From NCBI GenBank assembly GCA_017542425.1, contig JAFXXH010000017.1, forward strand, positions 2,129 through 66,128: a stretch of 64,000 nucleotides of DNA, written 5' to 3'. The number at the start of each line of letters is the position of its first letter. The stretch's first letter is position 1. The DNA is from Oscillospiraceae bacterium (GTDB lineage Bacteria > Bacillota > Clostridia > Oscillospirales > Oscillospiraceae). Below the pieces are notes generated by a model, which did no database searches, was not told the DNA's origin, and saw only the letters and a program-made list of their open reading frames with translations. A program made the position numbers and the translations under genes. Below are positions 46,862-54,672 of this stretch, piece after piece.

Positions 46862-48100
46862 TTACAGGTGCTCCCCCGCCAGGTGTCCGGTGGACCAGGC
46901 GATCTGGAGATTGTAGCCGCCGGTGAACGCGTCCGTGTCCAGAATCTCCCCGGCGAAATACAGGCCCCGTACCAGCTTGCTCTCCATGGTCCGGGGGTCG
47001 ATCTCCCCCACCCGCACGCCCCCGGCGGTGACGATGGCCTCCGCGATGGGCCGGGGTCCGGTGACGGAGATGGAGAAGTCTTTGAACAGCCGGACCAGGT
47101 TTTGCCGCTGGCTGCGGGTGACGGAGTGGACCTTCGTCTCTTCGGGAATGGCGCTGCGGCGGACCAGCACCGGGATCATGCTCCGCCCGGCCAGGTCGTC
47201 CAGGGCGTTGCGGAAGTCCCGGTTGCGGTATTTTTCAAAGTCCCGCAGGATGCGAGCGTCCAGCTGCTCCGGTTCCAGGCCGGGCTTGAGGTCCAGCGAC
47301 AGGCGGCACGGTCCCCCGGACCAGTCCCGCAGATGGCTGCTGGCGGACAGCACCAGCGGGCCGCTGACGCCGAAGTGGGTGAAGAGCATCTCCCCCAGGT
47401 CCGAATAGACCGCCTTTCCGGAACTGTCATAGGCCGTCAGCCGGACGTTTTTCAGCGAAAAGCCCTGGAGCTGGAGGCAGTCGGGGTCGTCACTTTCCAA
47501 TGGGACCAGGCTGGGGCGCAGCGGGCTCAGGCTGTGGCCCAGCTCCCGGGCCATGCGGTAGCCGTCGCCGGTGGAGCCCGTGCCGGGGTAACTCGCGCCC
47601 CCGGTGGCCAGCAGGACGGAACCGGCGGGCAGGAAGCCCTCCCCCGTCTCCAGACCGCTGACCGCCCCCGCCTCCGTGGTGACGCGCAGCGCCTCGGTGA
47701 AGCGCATACGGACCCCGGCCCGGCGCAGGGCGTTTTCCAGGGCGTTGGCTACATCGTGGGCCCGATCGCTCACGGGGAACACGCGGTTCCCCCGCTCGGT
47801 TTTCAGCGGGACGCCCAGGTCCTCGAAAAATGCCATGGTGTCCGCCGGGGGGAAGCGGTGCAGCGCGCCGTACAGAAACTTCGGGTTGCCGGGGACCTGC
47901 TGGAAGAAGTGTTTCAAATCGCAGTTGTTGCAGAGGTTGCAGCGGCCTTTTCCGGTGATGCGCAGCTTGCGCCCGCAAAAGCGCTGGTGCTCCACCAGCG
48001 TCACCGGGCGGCCCCGTCTGGCGGCGATGAGCGCCGCCATCATCCCCGCCGCGCCGCCGCCGACGACGACGGCCTCAGCTGCCCGCGTGTTCGTAGACAT
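46862..48100 (-). CDS. HI0933/BaiN-like NAD(P)/FAD-dependent oxidoreductase
   Basis: VVVGGGAAGMMAA dinucleotide motif, ITGKGRCNL, and a C-terminal GLYFAGEILDTDAFTGGYNLQIAWSTG. Confidence 0.9.
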   Translation of the reverse strand: MSTNTRAAEAVVVGGGAAGMMAALIAARRGRPVTLVEHQRFCGRKLRITGKGRCNLCNNCDLKHFFQQVPGNPKFLYGALHRFPPADTMAFFEDLGVPLKTERGNRVFPVSDRAHDVANALENALRRAGVRMRFTEALRVTTEAGAVSGLETGEGFLPAGSVLLATGGASYPGTGSTGDGYRMARELGHSLSPLRPSLVPLESDDPDCLQLQGFSLKNVRLTAYDSSGKAVYSDLGEMLFTHFGVSGPLVLSASSHLRDWSGGPCRLSLDLKPGLEPEQLDARILRDFEKYRNRDFRNALDDLAGRSMIPVLVRRSAIPEETKVHSVTRSQRQNLVRLFKDFSISVTGPRPIAEAIVTAGGVRVGEIDPRTMESKLVRGLYFAGEILDTDAFTGGYNLQIAWSTGHLAGEHL

Positions 48101-48935
48101 CGTATTCCTCCCAAATGCTCTCCAGCCGCTGGAAGGTGTGGGCCAGCGTCTCGTCGTTGTGGCTGCCCACCGCCACGATCAGGGCGTTGATGAGGCTCAT
48201 GGGGGCCACCAGGGAGTCCACAAAGCTCATCATGTCGCTCTTGGCGTAGAGCAGGATGTCCGCCAGCCCCACAAAGGGGGATGCCTCCCCGTCGGTGAGG
48301 CCGATGACCGTGGCCCCGCAGCTCTTGGCATAGCGCATGGGCTTCACCGCCGCGCTGGAATAGCGGGGGAAGCTGATGCCGATGAACACGTCCCCCTCCC
48401 GGATGCGGAGGATCTGCTCGTAGACCTCGCTGCCGCTGGGTTCCACCACATGCACGTTCTCCCGCAGCAGGTTCAGGTAAAAGCCCAAGAAGGAAGCCAG
48501 GCAGGCGGAGGAACGCATTCCCACGATGTAGACGTGTTTCGCCCCGTCGATGGCCTCCACCGCCCGCAGGAAGCTGGCCCGGTCACAGGCGTGGAGCGTG
48601 TCGTTCAGCTTGTCCACGTCCGCCATCATCACGCTGTCCAGCAGGTTCTTTCCTTCCATGTTCTCCCGGGCCACACGGATGCGCTGCACGCTGGTCAGGC
48701 GGGAGCGGATCATCTCCTGAATGGCCTTGCGCATCTCGGGATAGCCCTCGTAGCCCAGGTCCCCGGCAAAGCGGACCACTGTGGATTCGCTGACGCCCAC
48801 GGTGCTGCCCAGCTTGCCCGCCGTCATGAATGCGGCCCTGTCATAGTGTTCCCGGATGTATTTGGCGATGCGCTTCTGCCCCTTGGAGAGTTTCAGACCC
48901 TCCGCGCTGATGCGCGACAGGATATCTTTTTCCAT
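48075..48935 (-). CDS. MurR/RpiR family transcriptional regulator (HTH + SIS domain)
   Basis: LSKGQKRIAKYI...SESTVVRFA is the HTH_6 motif. The SIS region reads HVYIVGMRSSACLA. The start was set at MEKDILS. Confidence 0.9.
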   Translation of the reverse strand: MEKDILSRISAEGLKLSKGQKRIAKYIREHYDRAAFMTAGKLGSTVGVSESTVVRFAGDLGYEGYPEMRKAIQEMIRSRLTSVQRIRVARENMEGKNLLDSVMMADVDKLNDTLHACDRASFLRAVEAIDGAKHVYIVGMRSSACLASFLGFYLNLLRENVHVVEPSGSEVYEQILRIREGDVFIGISFPRYSSAAVKPMRYAKSCGATVIGLTDGEASPFVGLADILLYAKSDMMSFVDSLVAPMSLINALIVAVGSHNDETLAHTFQRLESIWEEYDVYEHAGS

Positions 48936-49040
48936 GGCTTTGTCTGCCTCTTTTCCATGAAATACGACAAAAAGAAAAACTTTGCCGTCGGTCTTTCGGC
49001 CGCGCAGCAAAGTCTATCATAGTCTTTCCCCCGGGAAAAT

Positions 49041-49769
49041 TCAAGGCATTTTTGCAGGATTTTGAGATTCCGGGTCGGCGCAGCCCAGGGCGCGCAGTTC
49101 CTCCGGGCGCAGACGCCGCCAGCGTCCCGGGGGCAGAGAATCCAGCTCCAGGCCGCCCTCCGCCACCCGGGTCAGGCGCAGCACCCGCAGCCCGGCGGCG
49201 GCGCACATCCGCCGCACCTGGCGGTTGCGCCCCTCGTGGATGGTGACGCGCAGGACCCCTGCTCCCAAGTGTTCCACCTTTGCCGGGGCCAGGGGACGGC
49301 CGTCCAGCTCCATGGGACCGCGCAAAATCGGCAGCGCGGCTTCCACGTCTCCGGCCACCTCCGCCCGGTAGACCTTGTCCACCGCGTGGGAGGGGTGCAT
49401 GAGTTTTTGCGCCAGGGCCCCGTCGTCGGTCATCAGCAGCAGCCCGTCGCTGTTCAGGTCCAGCCGCCCCACGGGGTAGAGCCTCGCCCCGGCGTCCGCC
49501 ACCAGCTCCGCCACCGTGCGCCGTCCACGCTCATCCCGCAGGGTGCAGACATAGCCCCGGGGCTTGTTCAGCATGATGTAGGTATGTACCGCCGGGGCGC
49601 GCAGGGGACGGCCGTCCACGCAGACGGCGTCCGTCTCCGGGTCGGCGCGCTCGCCCAGGCCGGCGGTCTTTCCGTTGACGCTGACGCGCCCGGCCAAAAT
49701 CAGTTCCTCGGCCCTGCGGCGGGAGGCCAGGCCCGCCGCGCTGATCAGTTTTTGCAGTCGCTCCCGCAT
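49041..49769 (-). CDS. rluB: rRNA pseudouridine synthase (RsuA/RluB family) with an S4 domain
   Basis: RLQKLISAAGLASRRRAEELILAGRVSVNG (S4 domain), catalytic YPVGRLDLNSDGLLL, and HEGRNRQVRRM. Confidence 0.92.
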   Translation of the reverse strand: MRERLQKLISAAGLASRRRAEELILAGRVSVNGKTAGLGERADPETDAVCVDGRPLRAPAVHTYIMLNKPRGYVCTLRDERGRRTVAELVADAGARLYPVGRLDLNSDGLLLMTDDGALAQKLMHPSHAVDKVYRAEVAGDVEAALPILRGPMELDGRPLAPAKVEHLGAGVLRVTIHEGRNRQVRRMCAAAGLRVLRLTRVAEGGLELDSLPPGRWRRLRPEELRALGCADPESQNPAKMP

Positions 49770-49776
49770 GGCTTCC

Positions 49777-50964
49777 TCATTTCGTCCATTCGTAGGTCCG
49801 GCCCGGCATCAGCCAGGAGCGCTGGAAGCGCTCCCAGGCGCTCAGCGCCACGGAAGGGGCGCGGCTCACCGTCTCGGCGTAGACCACTTCCACCGTTTGC
49901 AGCGGCTCCCCGTCCAGGAACAGTTCCACGCTGCCCGCCCGCTCCCCCAGCAGCACCGGGGCGAAGACGAAGCGCGGCAGCCGCAGCTTCCAGGTCAGTT
50001 CCCCGTCCTTGGGGATCACCAGGGCGGGCACGGCGCAGCGCAGGCGCACATAGTCCCGGGTGCCGGACAGGGCCTCCACCCGGTCCCAACGGTCCTGGGG
50101 CAGCCGCACCAGCCGCCACTGGGAGAACAGCGTCTCCATCAGCGCCATGTGGTCGTTCCAGTCGTCCGGGGCGCAGAGGGTCACGCAGATCAGGCGCATC
50201 CCCTCCCGCTCCGTCACGGAGACCAGGATGCGGCCCGCCGCGTTGGTGTAGCCGGTCTTGCCGCCGATGCAGCCGTCCAGCTTCCAGAGCAGCTGATTGT
50301 GGTTATAGAGCTCCCGCTCGTGGACCGTCTGCTGCTGCGTGGAGAAAAAGCGGCAAAACTCCGGGTTCTTCATGGCCTCCGCAGTCAGCAGCGCCAGATC
50401 CCGGGCGCAGGAGTAGTGGCCCTCCGCGTCCAGGCCGTGGGCGTTGCGGAAATGGGTGTTGCGCAGACCGATTTCGGCGGCCTTGCGGTTCATCAGGTCG
50501 GCAAAGGCGTCCATGCTGCCGGCGCAGTGCTCGGCCAGGGCCGTGGCTGCGTCGTTCCCGGAGGAGAGCATCAGGCCGTAGAGCAGTTCCTCCACGGTGT
50601 AGATCTCCCCGGCCTCCAGTTCCATGGAGGAGCCCTCCACCTCCGCCTGGGCCTCCGTGATGGTCACGGTCTCGTCCAGGGCGCAGGATTCCAGAATCAC
50701 CAGGGCCGTCATGATCTTCGTGGTGCTGGCGATGAGCATCCGAAGGTCGGGCAGGCGTTCATAGAGGATCGTGCCCGTGTCGGCCTCGATGACGATGGCG
50801 GACGCGGCGGAGATCTCCAGATCCTCCGCCGGGCGTTCCTCCAGGGGTTCCTCCGGGGGTTCCTCGGAGAGTTCCACCGGGCTTTCCACCGCCCTTGCGT
50901 TCCCCGGCAGCAGCAGCGCCAGCGCCAGCAGGCACGGCAGGATGCGTCGGATCAGTCGGATCAT
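49777..50964 (-). CDS. D-alanyl-D-alanine carboxypeptidase (S11 penicillin-binding protein)
   Basis: SxxK (ASTTKIMT), SxN (SSGND) and KTG (GGKTGYT) motifs. Signal peptide starts at MIRLIRRILPCLLALALLLPGNARA. Confidence 0.9.
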   Translation of the reverse strand: MIRLIRRILPCLLALALLLPGNARAVESPVELSEEPPEEPLEERPAEDLEISAASAIVIEADTGTILYERLPDLRMLIASTTKIMTALVILESCALDETVTITEAQAEVEGSSMELEAGEIYTVEELLYGLMLSSGNDAATALAEHCAGSMDAFADLMNRKAAEIGLRNTHFRNAHGLDAEGHYSCARDLALLTAEAMKNPEFCRFFSTQQQTVHERELYNHNQLLWKLDGCIGGKTGYTNAAGRILVSVTEREGMRLICVTLCAPDDWNDHMALMETLFSQWRLVRLPQDRWDRVEALSGTRDYVRLRCAVPALVIPKDGELTWKLRLPRFVFAPVLLGERAGSVELFLDGEPLQTVEVVYAETVSRAPSVALSAWERFQRSWLMPGRTYEWTK

Positions 50965-51018
50965 ATCAAGCACCACCTTTCCAGGGTCGGTGCATAGTAT
51001 GGCTTGTTTTGCCGTCAA

Positions 51019-51408
51019 TTATTCCGCGTCCTTCTTCACATATTTCCGGATCAGCTCCTCCACCGTGTCGATGAGTTCGGGAGCCTTTTCGATGATGCGG
51101 TCCACCGTGCCGTTGGCCGGGGGCGTCACGTTCAGCATCCGCACGCTGCCCTCCCGCACCACCAGAAAGCCGATGGGCTCCACCCGGATGCCCGCGCCAT
51201 TGCCGCCGCCGAAGCCCAGGTCGCTGCGCTCTTTCATGCGGAAGTCGCTGCCGCCGGAGGCGAAGGCATAGCTGACCCGGGAGACCGGGATGATGGTCAC
51301 GCCGTCCGGGGTCTGGATCGGGGACCCCACCACCGTGTCCACGTTGATCATCTCTTTGAGCTTCTCCATGCTCTTGTCCATCAGAGCGCCGATGTTGCTG
51401 TTTTCCAT
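51019..51408 (-). CDS. ytfJ: sporulation protein YtfJ (GerW family)
   Basis: VDTVVGSPIQTPDGVTIIPVSRVSYAFASGGSDF and GGGNGAGIRVEPIGFLVV motifs. Confidence 0.9.
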   Translation of the reverse strand: MENSNIGALMDKSMEKLKEMINVDTVVGSPIQTPDGVTIIPVSRVSYAFASGGSDFRMKERSDLGFGGGNGAGIRVEPIGFLVVREGSVRMLNVTPPANGTVDRIIEKAPELIDTVEELIRKYVKKDAE

Positions 51409-51414
51409 AGCTCC

Positions 51415-52053
51415 TTATCCTTTCTGTTCCCCAAGTATCAGCTCCGCCGGGCTTTGCGCGGCGGCTTTTTTCTGTGCCCTGCGTTTCGGGAGATACCATT
51501 TCAGCAGCCCCAGGCCCGCGCAGTTGACCGTGTGCAGCAGCTCCCAGAGCTGCCAGGTGAAGGCAAGGCGGCCCTCCGCCGCCAGCGCCGCACCGGGGGT
51601 CACGTCCGCCCCCAGGCGGATGTCCTCATTGCGGACGCGAAAGGCGCTGTGGAAAGCCGGGGCCAGCGCGCCCAGCCCCGCGTTCAGGCGGCCAAAGAGC
51701 AGCACCGCGTCGAAGGGGTCCTCCGCCCCGGTGACCAGGTGCAGCGTCAGTTCGTCGATGCTGAGATAGCGCCGCAGCCGCCCCAGCAGCCGGAACACCA
51801 GCCCCAGCAGCTCGATGATGTCGGACAGGCCAAGTTTCGGGAAGCGGCGGGGCTTTTTCGCGGCTCCCCCCTCCCCCGCCGGCGCGGGCTTTTTCTTTTT
51901 CTTCTTTTTCTTTTTGGGCTTGCCGTCCGCTTTCGGCTTCCGGGGCGCGAGCGTGAAACGCAGCGGCCCCACCCGCAGCTTGAGGGCGAAGACCCCGTCG
52001 AAATAGGAGAGGTCCAGCCCCAGGGGCGTGATCAGCAGCAAGAGCAACAGCAC
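51415..52053 (-). CDS. DUF2953 (YtfI-like) sporulation-associated protein with a poly-Lys tract
   Basis: GLDLSYFDGVFALKLRVGPLRFTLAPRKPK followed by KKKKKKKK. The position upstream of ytfJ matches the Bacillus ytfI-ytfJ pairing. Confidence 0.78.
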   Translation of the reverse strand: MLLLLLLITPLGLDLSYFDGVFALKLRVGPLRFTLAPRKPKADGKPKKKKKKKKKPAPAGEGGAAKKPRRFPKLGLSDIIELLGLVFRLLGRLRRYLSIDELTLHLVTGAEDPFDAVLLFGRLNAGLGALAPAFHSAFRVRNEDIRLGADVTPGAALAAEGRLAFTWQLWELLHTVNCAGLGLLKWYLPKRRAQKKAAAQSPAELILGEQKG

Positions 52054-52113
52054 AGCCAGGATGATGATGACAGTCAGGGCCCTTCCCCTCCTTTCCTGCG
52101 GGTCCGCGTCCGC

Positions 52114-52740
52114 TTATGTCTCCTGCGGGGCCTGTTCGGCGCTCCGCAGCGCGTCAATCTTGTTTTGCAGGGCGATGATGCCCTCGTCGGTGCCGGTGTC
52201 GGGCAGCTCCGGCAGCTCGTCCAGGGATCGGAGATCCATGGTTCGCAAAAAGGCGTCCCCGGTGCCGTAGAGGGTGGGGCGGCCCGGCGCGTCCAGCTTG
52301 CCCACCGGCTCGATCAGGCCCCGCTCCGTCAGGAGGCCCACGGTGTAGGCGCTGTCCACCCCCCGCACCGCGTCGATGTATGCCCGGGTGACGGGCTGGA
52401 AATAGGCCACGATGGCCAGCACCTCCAGCGCAGCGGCGCTGAGCCGGGGGGGTCGGCGGGTCTCCAGGGCCCGGGTGATGTACTGGGCGTAGTCCGGCGC
52501 GGAGCAGAGCTGCCACTTCCGGTCCAGATGCTGCAGCCGGACGCCCCGCCCGGCTCTCTGGCAGTCGCGGCGCAGCTCCTCCGCCGCCGCGTCCACCTCC
52601 GCCTCCGTGACGCCCAGCACCAGGGCCAGGCGGGAGGCCGCCACCGGTTCCCCGGCGGCGAAAAGAATCGCCTCCAGGGCGGCTTTTCGCTCCAGGGCCT
52701 CCATTGGTAAGTTTTCCTGTTCCATCTTTTCTTTATACAC
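52114..52740 (-). CDS. scpB: segregation and condensation protein B
   Basis: LEAILFAAGEPV, EVLAIVAYFQPVTRAYIDAVRGVDS and GRPTLYGT motifs. Confidence 0.93.
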   Translation of the reverse strand: MYKEKMEQENLPMEALERKAALEAILFAAGEPVAASRLALVLGVTEAEVDAAAEELRRDCQRAGRGVRLQHLDRKWQLCSAPDYAQYITRALETRRPPRLSAAALEVLAIVAYFQPVTRAYIDAVRGVDSAYTVGLLTERGLIEPVGKLDAPGRPTLYGTGDAFLRTMDLRSLDELPELPDTGTDEGIIALQNKIDALRSAEQAPQET

Positions 52741-53566
52741 CGCCCTCTCCCTGCGTCATGGCGGCCACGATCTCCGCCGCGTTCCCGCCGCAAAAGCGCA
52801 GAAACATGACGCCGTCCGCTTCCTCCATGCGGGTGTGGCCCAGGCTGCACAGTTCCAGAATCGAGAGGAAACCGGCCACCAGTTCGCTGCGGCTGGCGCT
52901 CTCCCGGTAGATTTGCTGGATGGGGATGCGTCCCCCCGCCGCCAGGCGCAGCAGCAGCTCCCGGCTCTTGTCCCGGACGGGGTAGACGATGCGCTTAGGG
53001 ATCAGCCGCCGGGTCTGGCCTGCTTCTTCCTCCGTCTCGTCCTCCGCCGACCTGCCCCGGCGCAGCGCCGTGGACAGGGCGTTCAGCAGCTCCCAGGGGG
53101 CGTGGTGATAGCGGTATTCGCGCACCGTGGGCAGGGGCTCCGGCGGCTTGCAGCAGTAGGCGGAACCCAGCGCAATGCGCCGGGCAAAGGCGGGGGCGAT
53201 CGACTGCACGGCGGCGTACACGTCCCGCGCCCGCAGCTGCTCCAGGGAGGCCATCAGCAGTTCCAGCTCCCCCGGCGTCTCCGCGTCGGCGCTCAGGAGC
53301 ATCCGGGTTTTGATGTACAGCAGATGGGCGGCCATCTGGACGAACTCGCTGGCGATTTCCAGGTCCATCTCCTTCATCCGGTCCAGATAGTCCAGATACT
53401 GCTCCAGGATCTGGGCGATCTGGATGTCCCGGATCTCCACCTTGTTGCGGCTCAGGAGCATCAGGATCAGCGTCAGCGGCCCCTCAAAGTCCGCCATTTC
53501 CTCCTTGGAGCGAATCACGCCCGGCAGATGGAAGCTGAGTTCCTGTTCCATAGCGTTTCGATCCAC
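52733..53566 (-). CDS. scpA: segregation and condensation protein A
   Basis: FEGPLTLILMLLSRNKVEIRDIQIAQILEQYL and the ScpA C-terminal winged helix. It overlaps scpB by 8 nt. Confidence 0.93.
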   Translation of the reverse strand: MDRNAMEQELSFHLPGVIRSKEEMADFEGPLTLILMLLSRNKVEIRDIQIAQILEQYLDYLDRMKEMDLEIASEFVQMAAHLLYIKTRMLLSADAETPGELELLMASLEQLRARDVYAAVQSIAPAFARRIALGSAYCCKPPEPLPTVREYRYHHAPWELLNALSTALRRGRSAEDETEEEAGQTRRLIPKRIVYPVRDKSRELLLRLAAGGRIPIQQIYRESASRSELVAGFLSILELCSLGHTRMEEADGVMFLRFCGGNAAEIVAAMTQGEGGV

Positions 53567-53572
53567 CTTATA

Positions 53573-54262
53573 TTAAAATAGTGTCGCGCCCAGGGAAGCG
53601 CCCCACTCCGCCAAGGGCCACAGGCGCAGATAGCACCACTCCACCGCAGCGGAGAGCGGCCCGCCCAGCACGCCGCTGAGGGAGAGGGCGATCAGCACAA
53701 TCATCCCGTAGCGCTCATAGCGCATCAGCTTCTCATAGGCCTGGTCGCTGAGGAAGGCGAACAGCACCTTGCTCCCGTCCAGCGGGGACACGGGCAGCAG
53801 GTTGAAAATCGCCAAGGCCAGGGAGAGCTGCGCCGTCACCATCAGGGTGTCCGCCGCAAAATCCGCCAGCGCCGTCCCCGCCCGGTAGAGCGGCAGGGCA
53901 AAGAGGCCGTAGAGGAACAGCGTCAGCGCCGTCAGCAGCAGATTGCTGAGCGGTCCGGCCAGAGCCGTCAGGGCCATGTCCCGCCGGGGATTGCGGAAGC
54001 GGCGCATATCCACAGGCACCGGCCTGGCCCAGCCGAAGCCCACGGCCACCATCATCAGCGTCCCCAGGGGGTCAAAGTGGGCCAGCGGGTTCAGCGTCAG
54101 TCGCCCGGCGCGCCTGGCCGTGTCGTCCCCCAGGCGCCAGGCGGTCAGGCCGTGGCACAGTTCGTGGACCGTGATGCAGACCAGGGCCGGGAGGATGCGC
54201 AGCAGAATGTCCGTCAGCACCGACCAGTCCAGGCCGTTCCAAAAGGTTTGAAAGCTCGTCAA
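53573..54262 (-). CDS. site-2 protease family (M50) membrane metalloprotease
   Basis: HELCHGLTAW HExxH motif inside a TM helix, multi-pass hydrophobic profile, and a later NLLPVSPLDG motif. The track gives a TTG start. Confidence 0.88.
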   Translation of the reverse strand: MTSFQTFWNGLDWSVLTDILLRILPALVCITVHELCHGLTAWRLGDDTARRAGRLTLNPLAHFDPLGTLMMVAVGFGWARPVPVDMRRFRNPRRDMALTALAGPLSNLLLTALTLFLYGLFALPLYRAGTALADFAADTLMVTAQLSLALAIFNLLPVSPLDGSKVLFAFLSDQAYEKLMRYERYGMIVLIALSLSGVLGGPLSAAVEWCYLRLWPLAEWGASLGATLF

Positions 54263-54349
54263 AGCGAATACACCTCACAGATTGTTTCATTATAACAAAG
54301 GCGCGGACAAAACGCAAGGCGGCAAAAAAGCAAATTCCGGGCGAAGGCG

Positions 54350-54398
54350 GAAAAGAGCAGGGACGACTCCGGGCTGTTCCCGGAGCGTCCCTGCTCTG
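54350..54398 (-). terminator. rho-independent terminator ending the feo operon
   Basis: Minus strand reads AGAGCAGGGACGCTCCGGG-AACA-GCCCGGAGTCGTCCCTGCTCT followed by TTTCC. Confidence 0.75.
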
Positions 54399-54414
54399 TC
54401 GCTTCTGTTCCGTT

Positions 54415-54588
54415 TCATTTCGTGTCCGCGCCCTTGCCGCATCCGCCGCAGGCGGCGCAATCACAGCCGCAGGAAGCGTTCCCCGCTTTTTTGTCGCGGC
54501 GCATGGCGCGGAACACCAGGCCCACGACCAGCACGAGGACGGCGACCAGCACGAGATTGATGAGATTGGCGGAAAGCCAGGCCAGCAT
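54415..54588 (-). CDS. FeoB-associated Cys-rich membrane peptide (57 aa)
   Basis: Own translation: MLAWLSANLINLVLVAVLVLVVGLVFRAMRRDKKAGNASCGCDCAACGGCGKGADTK. It has one TM helix plus a CxC/CxxC tail directly downstream of feoB. It falls below the size cutoff of the ORF track, and the 174-aa track ORF here is in a different frame. Confidence 0.75.
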   Translation of the reverse strand: MLAWLSANLINLVLVAVLVLVVGLVFRAMRRDKKAGNASCGCDCAACGGCGKGADTK

Positions 54589-54672
54589 AGAATCACATCC
54601 TTTGCAAAAGCTGGCGGCGCTGCGGGGGCAGAGGGATATTCCCCCGCAGCGCCGCCGATGGAAAGAAAACGC

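Noticed and set aside
54072-54596. 174-aa minus-strand ORF
   Set aside because: It overlaps the S2P protease gene in another frame and is Pro/Ala/Arg/Ser-rich. The real gene here is the 57-aa FeoB-associated peptide in a different frame (54415-54588).
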